From contig JAQGDQ010000009.1 of the NCBI GenBank assembly GCA_030141605.1, positions 1,488,001-1,552,000 of the forward strand: a stretch of 64,000 bases of DNA, in the 5' to 3' direction. The translations under genes and the position numbers were made by a program. Shown piece after piece: positions 1 through 14,736 of this stretch (within the stretch, counting starts at the first letter, position 1; each line of letters opens with the position of its first letter). The notes below the pieces were generated by a model. It was not told the origin of the DNA, did not search any database, and worked only from the letters and a program-made list of their open reading frames with translations. This stretch comes from Tubiluchus corallicola. Its lineage: Eukaryota > Animalia > Priapulida.

Positions 1-3000
1 CAATCACACAGAAAATTGTGGTAACGCAAAGATGATTTACTATTTACTAGATTAAAAATGCCAGAATAGGCATAACAATTTTGTTGCCTTCATGTAATTT
101 CAATGTTCTAATAAACGGATATACCCTGGATATGTTCATCCATTCATCCTCTAATTGCTTCTCTCCTATTTCTATAAGTCACTTGTTTCCACCATTCTTT
201 GATATCCTCCTTTTTCCTTACGCGAATAACGTAAAATAACTGTTAATATCATTTTACTATAATAATAAACCTATAATAAACGAATAAAAAAACCGGTGTC
301 TCTTTTTTGTGTTTATTTACATAACTGTAAAGTGTAAGTGCTGAATCTTAATTAATTGGCGCCGCTTTAGCAATAAGTGGCAGTGGATTGTGTTTTGTAG
401 CAAGTGTTTAGGTTATTCGGTGCAGTAAACGTGTTTGTTAAACGCCAAACAAACGCTTACGCCCCCTTTTCTACTCCCATTCATGATATTTTATGTACTG
501 GCACGTTTCAAAAGGATGCTTAGACATTGTCCTATGACAGAAGAATTTCTTTTGTGCATTGAACACAGGGCATACACGTACTTAACAAATTCGTTTTGCA
601 AGAAAAATACACACGAGCAGCAATGGGTGAGCTCATGATAGCAAATAATCTCCATTGCCTGTCCAGCTTATCAAAACAAATCATTACTGTTCAACAGCAA
701 CTTTTCAAGTCTTCGTGTGGTGTTTTAGCATTTTTCTACCTGCAAGTCTATTCACCTAGCAGCTTTGTCACTGAACAGGTATTGTTCAGGTGAGCTTGTT
801 TTCACCTGTCTTTGTACATTTGTTAAACTTCTTGCTGCCATTGTAACCGAATCATCAAGGATAATCGCTCAGAGGAGTACCCGAGAAGTAAGAGGAGCCG
901 AAAGAGAGGACGGTGCCAAAATATTCGATACAAGAGACGTGTCCCAACCACTTAGACAAACTAAAATCTAGAATGCAAAGAAATCTTGAAAAACTTCCTT
1001 GTTGAAATAATTTGTTATTCAGCTCATGTGAGCAGTGATTGTATGAACAAACCTTAAAAAAGCCAAGAAGTATGAACATGAATGAATGTATGAATGCAAA
1101 TCTTAACGACTAGACAATGCAGACATGCCTTAAAAACAAATACTGTGTCATAAGTCGCTGCATTATAAAGCTACATGTATAATTAAATTCACCAAGCTAT
1201 ATGGAAATATGTCTGTAATTGTAAATTATTCATTATGGTTCCATATAGTTATGCATCAACAATAACACATGAACTATCTTAAAAACATTGCAACAAACTT
1301 TTTATTTGCATCTACTTGAGAAAGAAAGACAATGTATTTAAAACAACGTTGTGAAGCTGGTAACATATTGTTACCGTTAACTGTTAAGAAAAAAAGTTAG
1401 ACTTGCAAGGCTTGCAAATATATCACCCCTTAACAAGAAATGATTTAATTACAGTTTGAACAGCAAGCAAAGTGAACATTTCCCGATATAAAATGACTTT
1501 CATAAAGTTAGACAAAACATGTGAACAAAACTTATTCAATGGTACTGACAAATATGTATTTAAGTTAGTGGCTTGTTAAAAATGAAAAGCCATTATGCTA
1601 CTAACTGATATCTGCCAAAAATGGGCTTTGATTCGAGTTAAATAGTTAGGTGGCAAACAAATATTATCTACAATAACAGCTGGCTGTTTGCTGAGAAAAC
1701 ATTAAAGGTGTGTTCACACTTGTCCAGTAACAGTCATCAAGTACTGGAATTGTAGTTATAGGCAGTGGCGGGAAAAAAGTGTGTTTTCAAAATTAAGTTT
1801 ATGGCACTTATTTGAATAAGGAAGAATTGTAGCCCTAAACAAAACAAACAGCAGTAAGCCCGAAATAGCAATTTAACAATATCTACATACACATCTTGCA
1901 ATAGACAAAAATTATTGCCTTTATTAGGCACCGTTTGTAAATGTATGATGCCTTAGACATTAATTGAGTCTAAGTAACAATTTTTTTAAATGTCAGAAGC
2001 TTTACTTGTGAGAACCACATATAAAATGTTGACTCATCTCAGTCATAAATATTACATTATAAAGTAGATATTATTGAGCTAAAAAGGGTGTTAAACATTT
2101 CGTGTTACTATTTACCTAAACTTGTCCATCGGAAGAAAAAGTTTTGACTCAACGTGAAAAGTACAAGATTAATAATATCATTGCAACACAACTGTTAATT
2201 TTAGAATTTGGTTTGCAAACATCAGTATTAAACCTACTGATGCAGTTTTTTATGTACTCCTACTCACTCAGCACATCCTTTAATGAATCATGCAAATTTG
2301 TACTAGTAAAACAGCTACATAAATTATTTACTTTGCACCAAGCTTGTACAGCCATCGACTACAACGTCATGGCTAATAAAGACATAGGCACGTTAAGATG
2401 TCCAAGAGTCCACATAGGACCGGCGTCACATTTTGTCTACTCTACGGGTCTACACTGTTGTGTCGTAACTTTGCAGGCCAAATTTGTGTCATAAGTTTGT
2501 TGAAGTGTTTTTACATAAAGGACATAAAATAACAAGTACAATTGATAAACTGTCAAACAAACAAACAAAATCTGTGTTAAAAAACTTTGCATGACAATAT
2601 TGCAAAAACAAGACGGATGATAGTAACAAAAACTGAGAACTTTCAAATTATGAAACCTCGCTTCCACACACAAGCTAATAATAAAGCTATGACAAAAGAA
2701 AAATGTGCGATAAACTGAAAGTTTGCTACAGCAACTGGTGATAAGAAAGGCGGGAAGATGACAATAGAAAGTAAAAACCCTTCAGGAAAAACAACTTGCC
2801 TGAACAGATATTTAACCTTACTTAACAAAGTTTACCCAGCGAACAGGGAAACCAAGAAGAAGCTAACATTCAAAAACAACCTACAATCAGTTCAGTTACA
2901 TTCTTCCTGAAAAATGGTCTGTTAGGATAAGAAGCTTTTACGAAAGACAAATATCTAGCCTTGAATTGCCGAAGTTGTTTTTAAAAAGCACCGTGTTTTC

Positions 3001-3593
3001 TTCAACAATATTACTTATTGTTAGGCAAACTTGATAACATGAAGCAGGTTACTGATACAGATAAATGCAACATGACAATTACCTGCATCCGAAATAATGA
3101 TGCACTGAGTTCATATTTCAAGTGTAAATAGGCGCAAAGTTAAAATAATTCACTTGATTTCAATGACTATGATCAGACACACAGTTCTTAAAACATGATT
3201 TATTTTTTGCAATTCATCATATGATACAATTAACAAAGCAATGTTTATTTGCTAATTATTTTAACACCAAATGACCCTTTCGATTATTACTTTATCAATA
3301 TTACAATCAAAAGGTAAAATATGAGAAAATATTCAAAGTTAATTTTTGTTAAAATTTTTCAATCAGAACTTTTTAAATACTAAACAATTGCCCTTCAGTA
3401 AAGAATTTTCTAGTGTGCTTCATAACTAGAATGATGACTACCTTCTGCCCCCCCCCAGACTTTTATCCATTTACTATCTTTCTTTTGCAAAAATAATAAA
3501 TGATTTTCTGGTCAAGTTATTTAATTTTGTTACCTAAAGCATAAAATAACAGTTTACAGGTAAATAAAAATATTACTAAAGTATAGACTCTCA

Positions 3594-6500
3594 TCATGAA
3601 TTTTCCAATTCTTCTTCTAATTCCAAATCATCGAAATCTTCAAATAATGACTCGTCTACTTTAATTTCATCCGCATCATTTCCTTCTAGGAACTGAATAT
3701 CTGATTCATTAAGAGTTGTATCCTGGAGAAATAGCTCTTTACCTGTCAGTTATAAATTTGTATAATAACTGAATTAGTGATCTAGAAGTGATCAAAAGAG
3801 AATGGATATCAATTACACGTTAATACTTCATTAATACGGCTCAGTACACTGTAAGCCAATGTCAATAAAGGCCATGGCCTAATTAGTCTGTTGGTTGTTG
3901 TGGCACGACTGGACCCTATCTCACTATCAAGAATGATCTCTACGTAAAATACTAGGAGAGGTGGCTTAACAGTAATCAGCTATATACATATATATATATA
4001 CAACGGTTTACAAAGTCTTTCAGCAAAAGAAATAGCTGATGGCAGTACTCCAGATGAGAATGGTAACCCATCCATTTACCAAACTCAGCAATACCTAAAT
4101 TTAGAAGTGAGCATCAAACGTTCGATTTCCACTCGAACAAGTATTTCAGTTTGAATTTGACTTGAACCTAAAATTATAGATTTGAATAATACAGCACTTC
4201 AACTACATGCGTTCTTCAACTACAACTACAAACATTTGAAACATCATGCAATCGGCACAATTTGTAGCTGCAATTTCTGTGCACAGTGTTTAAACAAATA
4301 ATTATTAGTGTTTTTGCTGTAGAACAAAATCAAGTAAAATGCCAGGTTTTGAGTAAACACTCTTTACTAGTGATTCAAAAATTTGTTAGGAAATCTTTAA
4401 AACTGAATTTGAATTCGATTGAGAATAGAAAATAACAAAATTTTGTTTGATTTGAGTTCAAAAGCCACAAATTCGATTCGATTTCGCTTTCTGATAGAAA
4501 ATGCTCATGACCTCACCCCTAGTTGTTAAGCATACATTGTGATAAATAAACCACTTCCATCATCCTTGCTTAATTACTCCTTTATTACTCATGAATACAA
4601 GTAGTATTTCCTATTAACAACAAATCCACCATTAATTTGGAGTTTGCTTCACAGTATTGAAAATAGTTTAATAAGATGCTCAGCCCATGCAGACATTAGT
4701 GATGATTGTGGTAACTTCTACATTTAATCCGCAAATACATAGTGGTGCCACCTAACCGATGCAAAAGAAAGCTTTTGGAGTGAATGTCTCCTAGACGACA
4801 ACATAAAATATTAGTAAAAATCGCCAGAAGAATAAAAGTGTTAAACAATTTACCTGTTAATTTTTTAGGTGCGTTCACAGTTTTTATTGGCCTGTCACTG
4901 GAACTTCTTGTTTCTGCTAAAAAATTTTCATGCCAGTCGAGAAAAGACTGTACAGTTACTCGTGTGCCTTCGAACTTCGCCTGGAATGTAAACAACCATT
5001 TGTGGTAAAAAGTAGAAAATAATAGTGATAACAGGTTAAGGAAGAAAACATTTATAATTTAAAATGTCTGCAAAGCTGTTAAAAGATTATCATGTTGTCA
5101 GTGCTTCAGAATCCAAGCAAGCATCAAAAATTGCAAGAAACAATTCTTATTTCGTTTATTCACAAAAACAATTTATTTTAACTAAAGCTTTGATGCACTG
5201 ACAAAGATGCCATAGTTTCTTGTCTACATGCAAAAAACTTATTATGTCTACATGCAAAAAACGTGTTTATATTTATACTAAAGATAACATAAAAATTAGA
5301 TATATAAGAAATGGTCAATTGTTGTTATTAGCATTTCAATAACTTAGTGTAATAATTATGTAGAACAAACTTGGATGCAAACATCATGGTAAACTCTAAG
5401 AATTGCATTAGGAAAATTAGGAAAATCCTGCCAGCTCCGCACACCTTTTCCTCTCTTTCTTTCTCTTCCTTTATCCGCATTTGTTCTTCTTCATGCCTTC
5501 GTTTACGTTCGTCAATCTGCACATTAAGCTGCTCTTGCAAAGCGGATACGAGAGTGAACACCATCACCATTCCAACATTCTCGGATGCCTGAAAAACACA
5601 ACAAATGCCAACATTAGATAAAAATACACTCATATCTCGGTTTGCCAGATCTCGGAAAAATACCAGACAAAATCTGGTCCGTAGAAAGTCTCACATACTA
5701 CGGACAGAGTCCGTTATTTCGCAAACTGACCGCTAGTTGGCAAACCATCACTTTGTTTACATCCGAACAGCATGTAACGACATGTGTGCAGCTTACCGTA
5801 TTTTCCCCGTGTATAAGAGACCCTTTTTTGCTCAGAATTTTCACTTTAAAAATAGGGGGTCTCTTATACATGGGAGTAAGTCTTTTCAATAAGATGCATA
5901 AATTGTGACACTAATGATTTTAAAGAAATAAGTGCTCTACAACTGTTTTGCGTGTCGCGTTCGACTATGAAGCAGTTGTAAGCAATACAAGCATCATGAC
6001 ACAGGCATTATCTCCGCGTTTTCTCTTTTCCTGTTACAGGTTTACAGGTACGCACTTTAATATATACCAGTACTCTTTTTCTACAACACATTAACTGGTT
6101 TTATTTTGTTTTCAGTACCGCACTGAGTTGAAAAAAGTTGTACTCTACCCTCTAAAAATGTCCGTCTGAAAAAACTTTTTTCCAGAATTTTTGCCTAAAA
6201 ATTGAAGGGGTCTCTTATACACAAGGGTCTCTTATACACGGGAAAATACGGTATATGTCAGCGTATTTAGTGGTTTAATCAGTGTGTGTAAGTGGTTTAG
6301 AGTCGATTATGTGGAGTGATTTGAGTCAATTGCAGGCAACTTTTGTATACTTTTGCATAGGAGTGGCCTGTACTAGACGTTTTTGAGACAATTAAGCGAC
6401 TGATTCTACATTACTGTGAGTCTAATACACGGTACCTACTATAATAGCTTAGTATCGTAAAATAAGGACAATCGGCAAATTCGTACCAATGTCTCCCCAC

Positions 6501-9077
6501 TTTTGGCCAGTAAACCGAGATGAGTGTACATAATAAAAAAAGAAAAAATTGCTCAATGTTCACAGTTGGTGATTGATAATTAACTATGTATTTATGTTTA
6601 TACAACCCCCTCAACAAAAAAAACGGTAGCACAGTCAGTATTACAGATAAGATGCCCATAAGCTGTTTTTCCATCAATTTGCTGACCATTACCTAGTTTT
6701 ACAGCCAAGCATAACTGCGTAACACCTAGATAATGCAACAACAATTTGAAGGTTATCCATTATTGACAAATATGCAGTAAATTCACAATTATTTCCGTGC
6801 CTCGATTCAGATTATTCTAGTTTTCCTTTCTTTCGACAAATGCATGATTTGGTTTCTTCCAAAATTTGACAATTGTCACTTGCGGTTTTCTGACGATTAT
6901 CTTAGTATTGAAAAACACTAGAGAAATTGTTTACACAGTAGGCGCCGCCTAGTAGACTCACTTTGGAATGGAAGATTTTTGGTCCAATTACCTTACTGAA
7001 TCTATTAGCAGATGGACATAGCATTAGCGTGGAAGTATGAGTCATTACTTAACAGATTAGTATGCACTGCAAAGGCTTTGAATGAATTTTAGAAACAAAC
7101 TAATACCTAAATTCCTATGTACACTTCTTTAAGAATACAAATTTATACAAACGAATTTTTTAAAAAAATCCATAAATCTGTTTATTTACACTAAAAATTG
7201 CAAAAATTACAAAGGTCAGGTAAAACATTTAATGCTTGACATGCTTGAGCTGTAGTTGGTGATGTCCGTGTCTCCCAAAACTTGCAAAGCTTCAAAACCA
7301 AACTGCTAGGCAAAGTGATTAAGTTTAACTTCCAGAATCAATGAGGTTATTTGCATCAGATGACCAGATGACAGATTCCAAACAAAACCGTTAAGCTAGC
7401 ATGTTAGTGCATGATAAACTTACCTATTTACAAACAAAACAGTACTTAACGTGATTGTTTTTACATTCATTATAGTGAACAAAAGTGAAGAAAAGATGAC
7501 ATAAAAATGGTTAAGTCCCACAAAACAAACCTTAGTAGAAGCGCATGAAGCAAAAATATTGAGTCAATTAAGCAAGATATTCTAGTCGATTGCCAGTAGT
7601 TTTTACGTACCAGAAGTTTTTGAGTCAATTAAACAACTGATTTTGTTGGCTGTAAGTCTAATAAACGGCGCCTACTGTACTTTTAAGCCAATGTGCCAAC
7701 AATATAAATATATATAGAACATAAATATAATTCTGTATAGACCATAAAACATAAAACCTGAGTCTGTAAATATTCCTCTAATTCTTGTTTATCTTCATCA
7801 TCAATATTAGCATAACGGACGATTTCCAGATAAGGCACTTCATCTGGATAACATTCCGTGAAAGTGAACTTTACTTCACACATTGCTGAAATAAAGAAAT
7901 AACAAACAAATTAAGATAAACACACAAAAATACATGACTGTCAATGTGTCAGGCTGCAACAAAAATTTTCTCATATTGCTAAAGGAAACCAATAGCTCAA
8001 ACTGACTTTGTTCTAATGACTGATGTACGTGAAACCATTAAAGAAGGATTACCTTCAAAATTTATGTTCCCTAGTTACATCCTCGCAACCACACCTGTTT
8101 ACTAGTACTCACATACTCAGGTAGGCAAAAATATCTGGTTCTCAGGAATGTATTGCACAAAAAATAGGTGTCCCGATCAGCAGAATTATAAATACCTTAG
8201 CAATGATATGATAAAATTACGCATTGATCCAGTGATGAACTTGAAATTTTGAATTTGTAAATTTAATATTTGCCTGCAATTTATACTACGACCTTTTTTT
8301 AATATTTTTGCAAAGCTGACTTTTGAAAACTGCGCCCACTTTAGTAGTGGCACCAATGGCTTTACTTGCGAGCCTTTTAATTTCTAAGTTAATTTTTCTA
8401 TAGGAACACTAAGTCTTAAAACTTATTGAAATCAAACATGGGCCTGCATTTTAGATCACGTGAAAATGTGCTATAATCTTAAAAACACATACTGTACCAC
8501 ACAGAAAAAAGAAATAGAATAAATGTATAAGTGAATTATATAAAACTACCGTATATATAAAAGTTTAACTTGAATATTTACGTCAATGGTTCACATACCT
8601 CCAGCTACAGAATCTTCACTGTAATCTTCCGTTGTGACTTCAATAGAAAAACATCTAGGATTTAGAGAAATTTCTGAAAGTTCAAATAATTGTTTTAACA
8701 GCATTACAATTATTTTAAATGACTATTTAATCACATCATTGTTAAATTTGTCAATTAGGCCTACATCGGCAGCTCAGCTTACCCTTCTCCTTGCCTAAAT
8801 AAGCAATACCGGTAACAATTTATTGTAAATCTTATCCGAATTGTTTTCTGATATAAATTATATACTTACAAATAATTATCAGTTGTAGTGCCCTAAATGC
8901 CAAACGTCTGGAAATTATTTATAGAAAAACAAACTTAGAGCCTTCAACGTAATGAAGTTAACACATTACCACCAAGAAGAAACTAAAGTAATAAACAGCA
9001 ATACCATTGTATTCTTGTGGGTAAATAGACTGAATAGCTTCTATTTCATTCAACTGCTCTTCACTGTAATCAGTCAT
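3594..9077 (-). CDS. RWDD1: RWD domain-containing protein 1 (DFRP2/Gir2 homologue), 6 coding exons
   Basis: Exons 9077-9005, 8673-8599, 7885-7758, 5588-5445, 4980-4854 and 3742-3594, all GT-AG and phase-consistent. Protein reads MTDYSEEQLNEIEAIQSIYP...YPDEVP...ENVGMVMVFTLVSALQE...FEGTRVTVQSFLDW...KKLTGKELF...VDESLFEDFDDLEL, matching RWDD1 motifs. Ends in a tandem TGA TGA. Confidence 0.95.
3880..4110 (-). mobile_element. SINE copy with 5S-rRNA-like head
   Basis: Minus strand TTGGTAAATGGATGGGTTACC resembles 5S box C. The body (3880-3980) is homologous to the reverse complement of 54170-54265. Confidence 0.55.
4101..4521. mobile_element. Putative hAT-like MITE with TTCGA-rich subterminal repeats
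   Basis: Starts TAGAAGTGAGCAT and ends ATGCTCATGACCTCACCCCTA; repeated TTCGA/TTTGA motifs near both ends. Confidence 0.45.
5627..6526. mobile_element. Non-autonomous Tc1/mariner (pogo/Tigger-like) element, outer member of a nest
   Basis: TA|CACTCATATCTCGGTTT ... AAACCGAGATGAGTG|TA: imperfect TIRs with TA flanks. Confidence 0.65.
5796..6251. mobile_element. Tc1/mariner (Tc2-like) MITE nested in the previous element
   Basis: TA|CCGTATTTTCCCCGTGTATAAGAGACCC ... GGGTCTCTTATACACGGGAAAATACGG|TA: near-perfect TIRs of about 28 bp, with internal repeats of GGGTCTCTTATAC. Confidence 0.85.
6936..7677. mobile_element. pogo/Tigger-like MITE
   Basis: TIRs CAGTAGGCGCCGCCTAGTAGACT ... AGTCTAATAAACGGCGCCTACTG|TA. 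A diverged copy of its right end occurs at about 6320-6441. Confidence 0.75.
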
Positions 9078-9287
9078 ATTTTTTAAATAAGAACTTGTCA
9101 ACAACAACAACAACAACAAGAAAACTTAATTTATAACCGCCTTAAAACAAAATTTCGAGACCGATGGGTGCAGCCATGTGCTTCTCTCATGTACGCTCAA
9201 TGCTTTACATGATTTTGTTTCCGAATGTGTGCATCAACGGACTGCATACTAAACCATAGTTAGAAAAAACGTTTGAAAACTTACGGC

Positions 9288-9289
<2 letters not shown>

Positions 9290-9360
<71 letters not shown>

Positions 9361-9383
9361 TCTCTCTCTCTCTCTCTCTGTCT
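9290..9383. repeat. (CT)n/(GA)n microsatellite in the RWDD1/STIL divergent interval
   Basis: About 90 bp of near-perfect CT dinucleotide. An (AAC)n run lies at about 9100-9119, just upstream of the RWDD1 ATG. Confidence 0.95.
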
Positions 9384-9900
9384 CATTGTAGCTAATTGTC
9401 AGATTATCTTACATGTAATACACAATATATTTTTTGATATATTATATCATATTATATTATAATAAATTATAATGAAATGCACAAAGATATACATAAATTA
9501 TATATTTTTGCGTTTATGTGTGTGTTTTTCAAGAATTTTTTTAAAAAATTTGAAAGGTTGCTAGTATGATAATCACAATGTATACGTATGGTGTGTAGCA
9601 TTTTACAACATTTTTCATGTTTTTAGAATAGCATAGTTGATTGTGTAAGCTCACTGCATGGTCTCTGACAGTGGTTTGGTCAAATGTCATGCTGCTAAGA
9701 TGCAGATTTTACTTAAATCTGTACTTAACAATAATGTTTGTAGTAAAATATGTTTACTATTTACCTACTATTTCCTAAAAAAATTATTGTGAATTTGATC
9801 TTTTGCTAGAGAAGAAGTACCAAAACAGCTAGTAATACTACAGAACAACTTTTTGAATTAGAACATTGCTGAATCAGCAGATGACTATCATGCCCTAAAT

Positions 9901-12900
9901 ATGGAATTGAAACTTGGTGTGTCTCGCACAGGCTGTTTGTATGTATGTTTAAAGAACATCGAATTGAAAGTTATGGAAATTAATATTGAAGCTCACTCAT
10001 GACAAATGCATTGAAGCTATCGTGAGTTAGGGCGTTATATGTTTTGTTGTGTAATTGCTGTAGATCGTAATTGTTTACGCTGTCACATGTAGAGAGGGAA
10101 TACACTGTCACTGTGATAACCAAACAGTCATATCGTCTACACTTACAACACTTCTTTCACGTAATTCTCATTAAATCGCAAGCCATTGCTTTGCTTAACA
10201 TTGTTCAGCATTACATAGGGTCCACACGCCAATTTAGCAGAAGTAACTATTATATGATGCCTCATTTTGTTAGATATTCTTAGATATTAAAGGACAAGAA
10301 AAGGCGTACCTGAAGTAGGTTTCAGAAAATCGCCTTAAAACGATATTACCAGAATTTTGTTTGTTTTCATTTTAAATCTCACACAATACTGTTCCGATGG
10401 TGCCTTTACATGACGTCACCTATGCTAAAGCAATTCAGGGGGAAGAGAAGGCAATGTTAAATTATGTCCACCATTCCCACAGAATTTTAAAATAAATTTC
10501 CCTGACTTTCCCATAACTTTTCCTTGACCAAATACTGCTTTTCCATGACCAAGATAAGCAGAAATTGTATTACCAGTACACACATTCAAACATTTTTGTG
10601 TTGGACATTCATACATATACTGATATATAATGTGTCGCCTTAAAGGATACGCCACTCACTAACCGAAAAACATATTTTTAATCTTACTGACAAGATACAG
10701 CAATTTACAATTTTACTTAGTTGCTATTAGTTGCTATAGCATTCATTACATATGTGCTATGAATGCTCTGATTCTTTCTTCAAACTTCATGCAGTGTTAT
10801 CTAAACTCGTTTCAAATGGCCTCCCATTAAGATGGCTGCAACTAACGGTCGCCCATACGAGTTTAAATTTACAAGTTTTATACAGAATTACTGCGACGCA
10901 AGCCCTGCATGCAAAAAGGCTCTATGTAAGTGGTATGTAAGTTTTTAAGCTTTATGTGAGTGGAAGGGGCTTTCTTGTGCTTTAACAATGGATTAAAATT
11001 TAATTGTAATTTGTTAGACAAAAATAATTTTAAATTTTATTCTGTCATGTGTATAGGATTTCAACTAAGCACTATAAATTACCTAAGACGTGATTGATCA
11101 GTGTACAATTGTGTATCAAAGGTAGGAGTAAAACAAAAAAAAATATGTTTATATTAAAAATACCTGACACAGCATTTAATTGCATTTCGGCCAAGACAGC
11201 TGTAACACAGTAGTCGCAGAAATAAGGTAACGACAAGGGAAATTACCATTGAACTGAAACAGGAAGGTTTCTGCTATTGTTTTTTGAAAAGTGTGGTAAT
11301 TACAAAATTGGAGAAAGTAATTTGTTTCAAAATAAAAGTAAATTAATTAATATGAGGCTGATACGAAAATAAACCAGTGGAAACAGTGGACGTGAAGCAC
11401 AGTATGTTCCTACAAGAGTAAGTTGAGTGCGAGTACGGTCGCTAACTATTCAATTTATTACCTGTTTGTAGGCCTCTCTGACTGACAATCTGTTTTTATA
11501 CTGTAGGATGACACTTCCCGGTAAAACGCATGTGCTAAATTTGTGGAAAAGCAGTGTCGTACATGGGCAACCCAAGTAGGGCACTGGCGATTATGATGAC
11601 ATAATAAAACATAAAACTAAATTTGTTTTAAAGAAAAAGTAACTTTATAATAATGATGGATAGTCCTTGACAATTTACAAAATTAATGTATTTTTTCAAT
11701 AGTATCATCAGTATTGTTAGCTCCATTAAAATCATCATAACGTTAAACTAATTATCTAATGCTTTAATGAGAGAAACTATGCACAAAGTTATTACATAAA
11801 TAATTGCCAGTTTAAAAATGAGACATGCTGCTAAGCCTTCACAACACAAGAAAGTAATTTTGAACATTTAGGAAAGGCAAAGACAATTAGTTTTAATAAT
11901 ATCAATAGTTCTGTAACATGTAGGGCACTGTCGTACATGGCTCGCTAGCCCATGTAGGGCACATAGATCGCTAGAACGTTTCCTTAGGAGAAAACAATTA
12001 TTTGTCCAAGAGGTAGTGAAATGGATCACCTGTCTGTGAAGCGACACAAAATAAAAAAATGATATACCTTAAACAAATGTTGAAATCGCCTAAAAAGTGG
12101 GTTTATTCATTTCAACAACATTAATATCGGAGCCAAATTTAATATTGTCCGTTCTACCGGCTCAGAATAAAATTGTTTTATTTTATCAGATGTATAATAA
12201 ATTATTCAACGTGTATTGACGTTTTTAATTATTATTACATAAACAAGGACAAGGGACGGTGCCAGTACGCTTAACGACTCAATTTGCGACCTGTCTCTAG
12301 TGTCCTATTTGTTCAGCCTATGTACGACACGTTCTACAGTGGCCCAACAATAGTGATTTGGATCTTTCTAATTCAGAGATATATGTATTAGATAGAGCTA
12401 ATGGAATCTTCTTAGTTACGTTATTTTTGCTTTTAAGTTTATTAGTATACAATTGTATTAGCATTACAGTGTCTGATAAATTGATCTTTTTTTAGTTACA
12501 CATTGCTATTGCCGGCTTTTGTTACTGAGTGATAACAGATAGGATTTAGTTTCAGAGTGCACTATTGTTACGAACTAAAAATCGGCATCTATTTTTCGAT
12601 TTCTTATAAATCTTGAAACTCCAGTGAATTAAATTGAATGATTTTTTTTCAGTTGAGAATGGAACACGTAAAAGAACAACGTGTCTTAAGTATCAGCTTG
12701 AATAATGTTCCACGATTTACAAAAACTCATTATTTTGACGAGTCTGTGCAATTATCACTAGAACCTCTGTGGGACAGCAATCCCATTGGTCCCTGTGCAT
12801 CTATCAGCGCTACATGTTATGAGTAAGTGCATCACGAAAAAGCTTTTATTTGTTAATGTGAACGTTTTTGTGTAAATTTTCATTTTAACTATATCATGTA

Positions 12901-13697
12901 ATTGAATTCAGTTAGAAATTATAACTGAGTCAAATAATTGGAGTGAAGCCTATTTTTTATTATTTAAAAAACACTCATGTTGGTATGCTATGAAACCCTT
13001 CAGTGCAATCAGTCAAGATAAATCTTAAATATCTGTTGTTGGTTTAAAATAGTCCACTAAAATAATATCTGAATATATAAGTGCTGCTAACAGTTAACAG
13101 TGTTTTTAATTGTAGTAGTATTTATGTCTCCATTGACAATGTGGCAGTAGAACTGGCACTGCAGTACAGCCAGAAACATCAGTCAGATCGTTATGAATGT
13201 ATATTTGTTGCAACTCCTACTGTTAGTGCTGGTAAGTACAAATTTGAATTTTTTGTAGCGTTAGTTCCTAGATTGCATTACTGTTAAAGAATCTAGCAAA
13301 AGATCACTGGATACATGCTGATGGCTGTGAATGTGTTTATTTACTTAACTTTAAAATTTGACACACCTCAAATTTCTATATCTCTAGCTATGACACTGAT
13401 TCAGAGTACATGCAAATGCCTTGCCTTTGAAAAGCACTTGTGACTGACTCTGTCGCTTGAAAAATTAACATGCTAACAAACTGCATAATGTAATATTGGA
13501 TGGTTGCTAAATATGAAAGATGGCAAAGTTTTTTCTCTTTGCAAATTTTTATCAGTTTTGAAAAGAACAATTTATTGTTAGAATTTCTTTTAGTGCAGGT
13601 TTACAACAAATGCTTTTTTTGTCAAATGGTAGGCCCCATTGCATTATAATTGATCTACAGACTTGATCATATAATTGTTACCTTAGGTTGCTTTAGT

Positions 13698-13728
<31 letters not shown>

Positions 13729-14695
13729 TTAATAAATAAATTAAAAATAAAAAAATTAAAATAAAAAAAGATACAATTTTGTTTTTTTGTGATAATCCAC
13801 AGTAAATTATAAATAGAATCTCTATACATAACTTTATTAACAAAATGTTATCGTTGTTTTGCTATAGATGAGATTGGCCTTCATATTCAATTAAGTCACT
13901 TTGATTCTGGGATGCAGATACCTGGCCAGGCTGGACTTAACCCTACTATAACTACGCCAGGAGATATATACTTACCTGCAGTGGTAAGCAATACTAAGCA
14001 CTTGTGCTGCTAGTAAACAAAAAATATCCTTAAAGGACAAAAAATCCTTTTGCATAAAGCTAAAAAAATTCATCTTGAAATATTATATCACCTTCATACG
14101 GTCTTACTGTGCATAGAACTTATTAATGGCAACACTGTATAATACTTTTTTAAACTCCCGCATTGACCGTTAGGCACAGCCATTTTGATAGCAGGTCATT
14201 TGAAAGAAATTTAGATAACATTGCATAGAGTTTGAAAAATAATCACAGCTTTCGTAGCATGCACTTCACTAACTAAGCAAAAGTATACATTATGATATCT
14301 TGTCAATAAAATGAAAAATACGCTTTTGGTGAGTCAGTGATGCACACTTGGAAAGTGAGCCAGTGACATTCTACCAGTTGGCATAAACGTTCGCCGGTTG
14401 GCAGTTTACCGAATATTCGTTTTTTGCACTATAGTAGCAGTAGTATTAATATTTATTTAAGTTGCATGCTTTCAAAATTACGAAATCATTAGATTATATA
14501 TAATGAAGAGAATAAAAAATGACGAAATAGCTGTCTGGGCTTATGTATTGCTATGAGGACACACGGTCTATAAGATGAGAAAAAACTGTGATTATGGCCC
14601 AAAATCAGACAATTCTTTTATCTGTACTTAGTTGGCTTTTCATATAAGCTTTCTGTATAAAATTTGCCACTAGTCTAGTCAACTCTTTGGTACAC

Positions 14696-14736
<41 letters not shown>

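Noticed and set aside
13697-13770. Long AT hairpin (TTTA)n/(TAAA)n
   Set aside because: Low-complexity microsatellite or poly(A) remnant with no specific signal.
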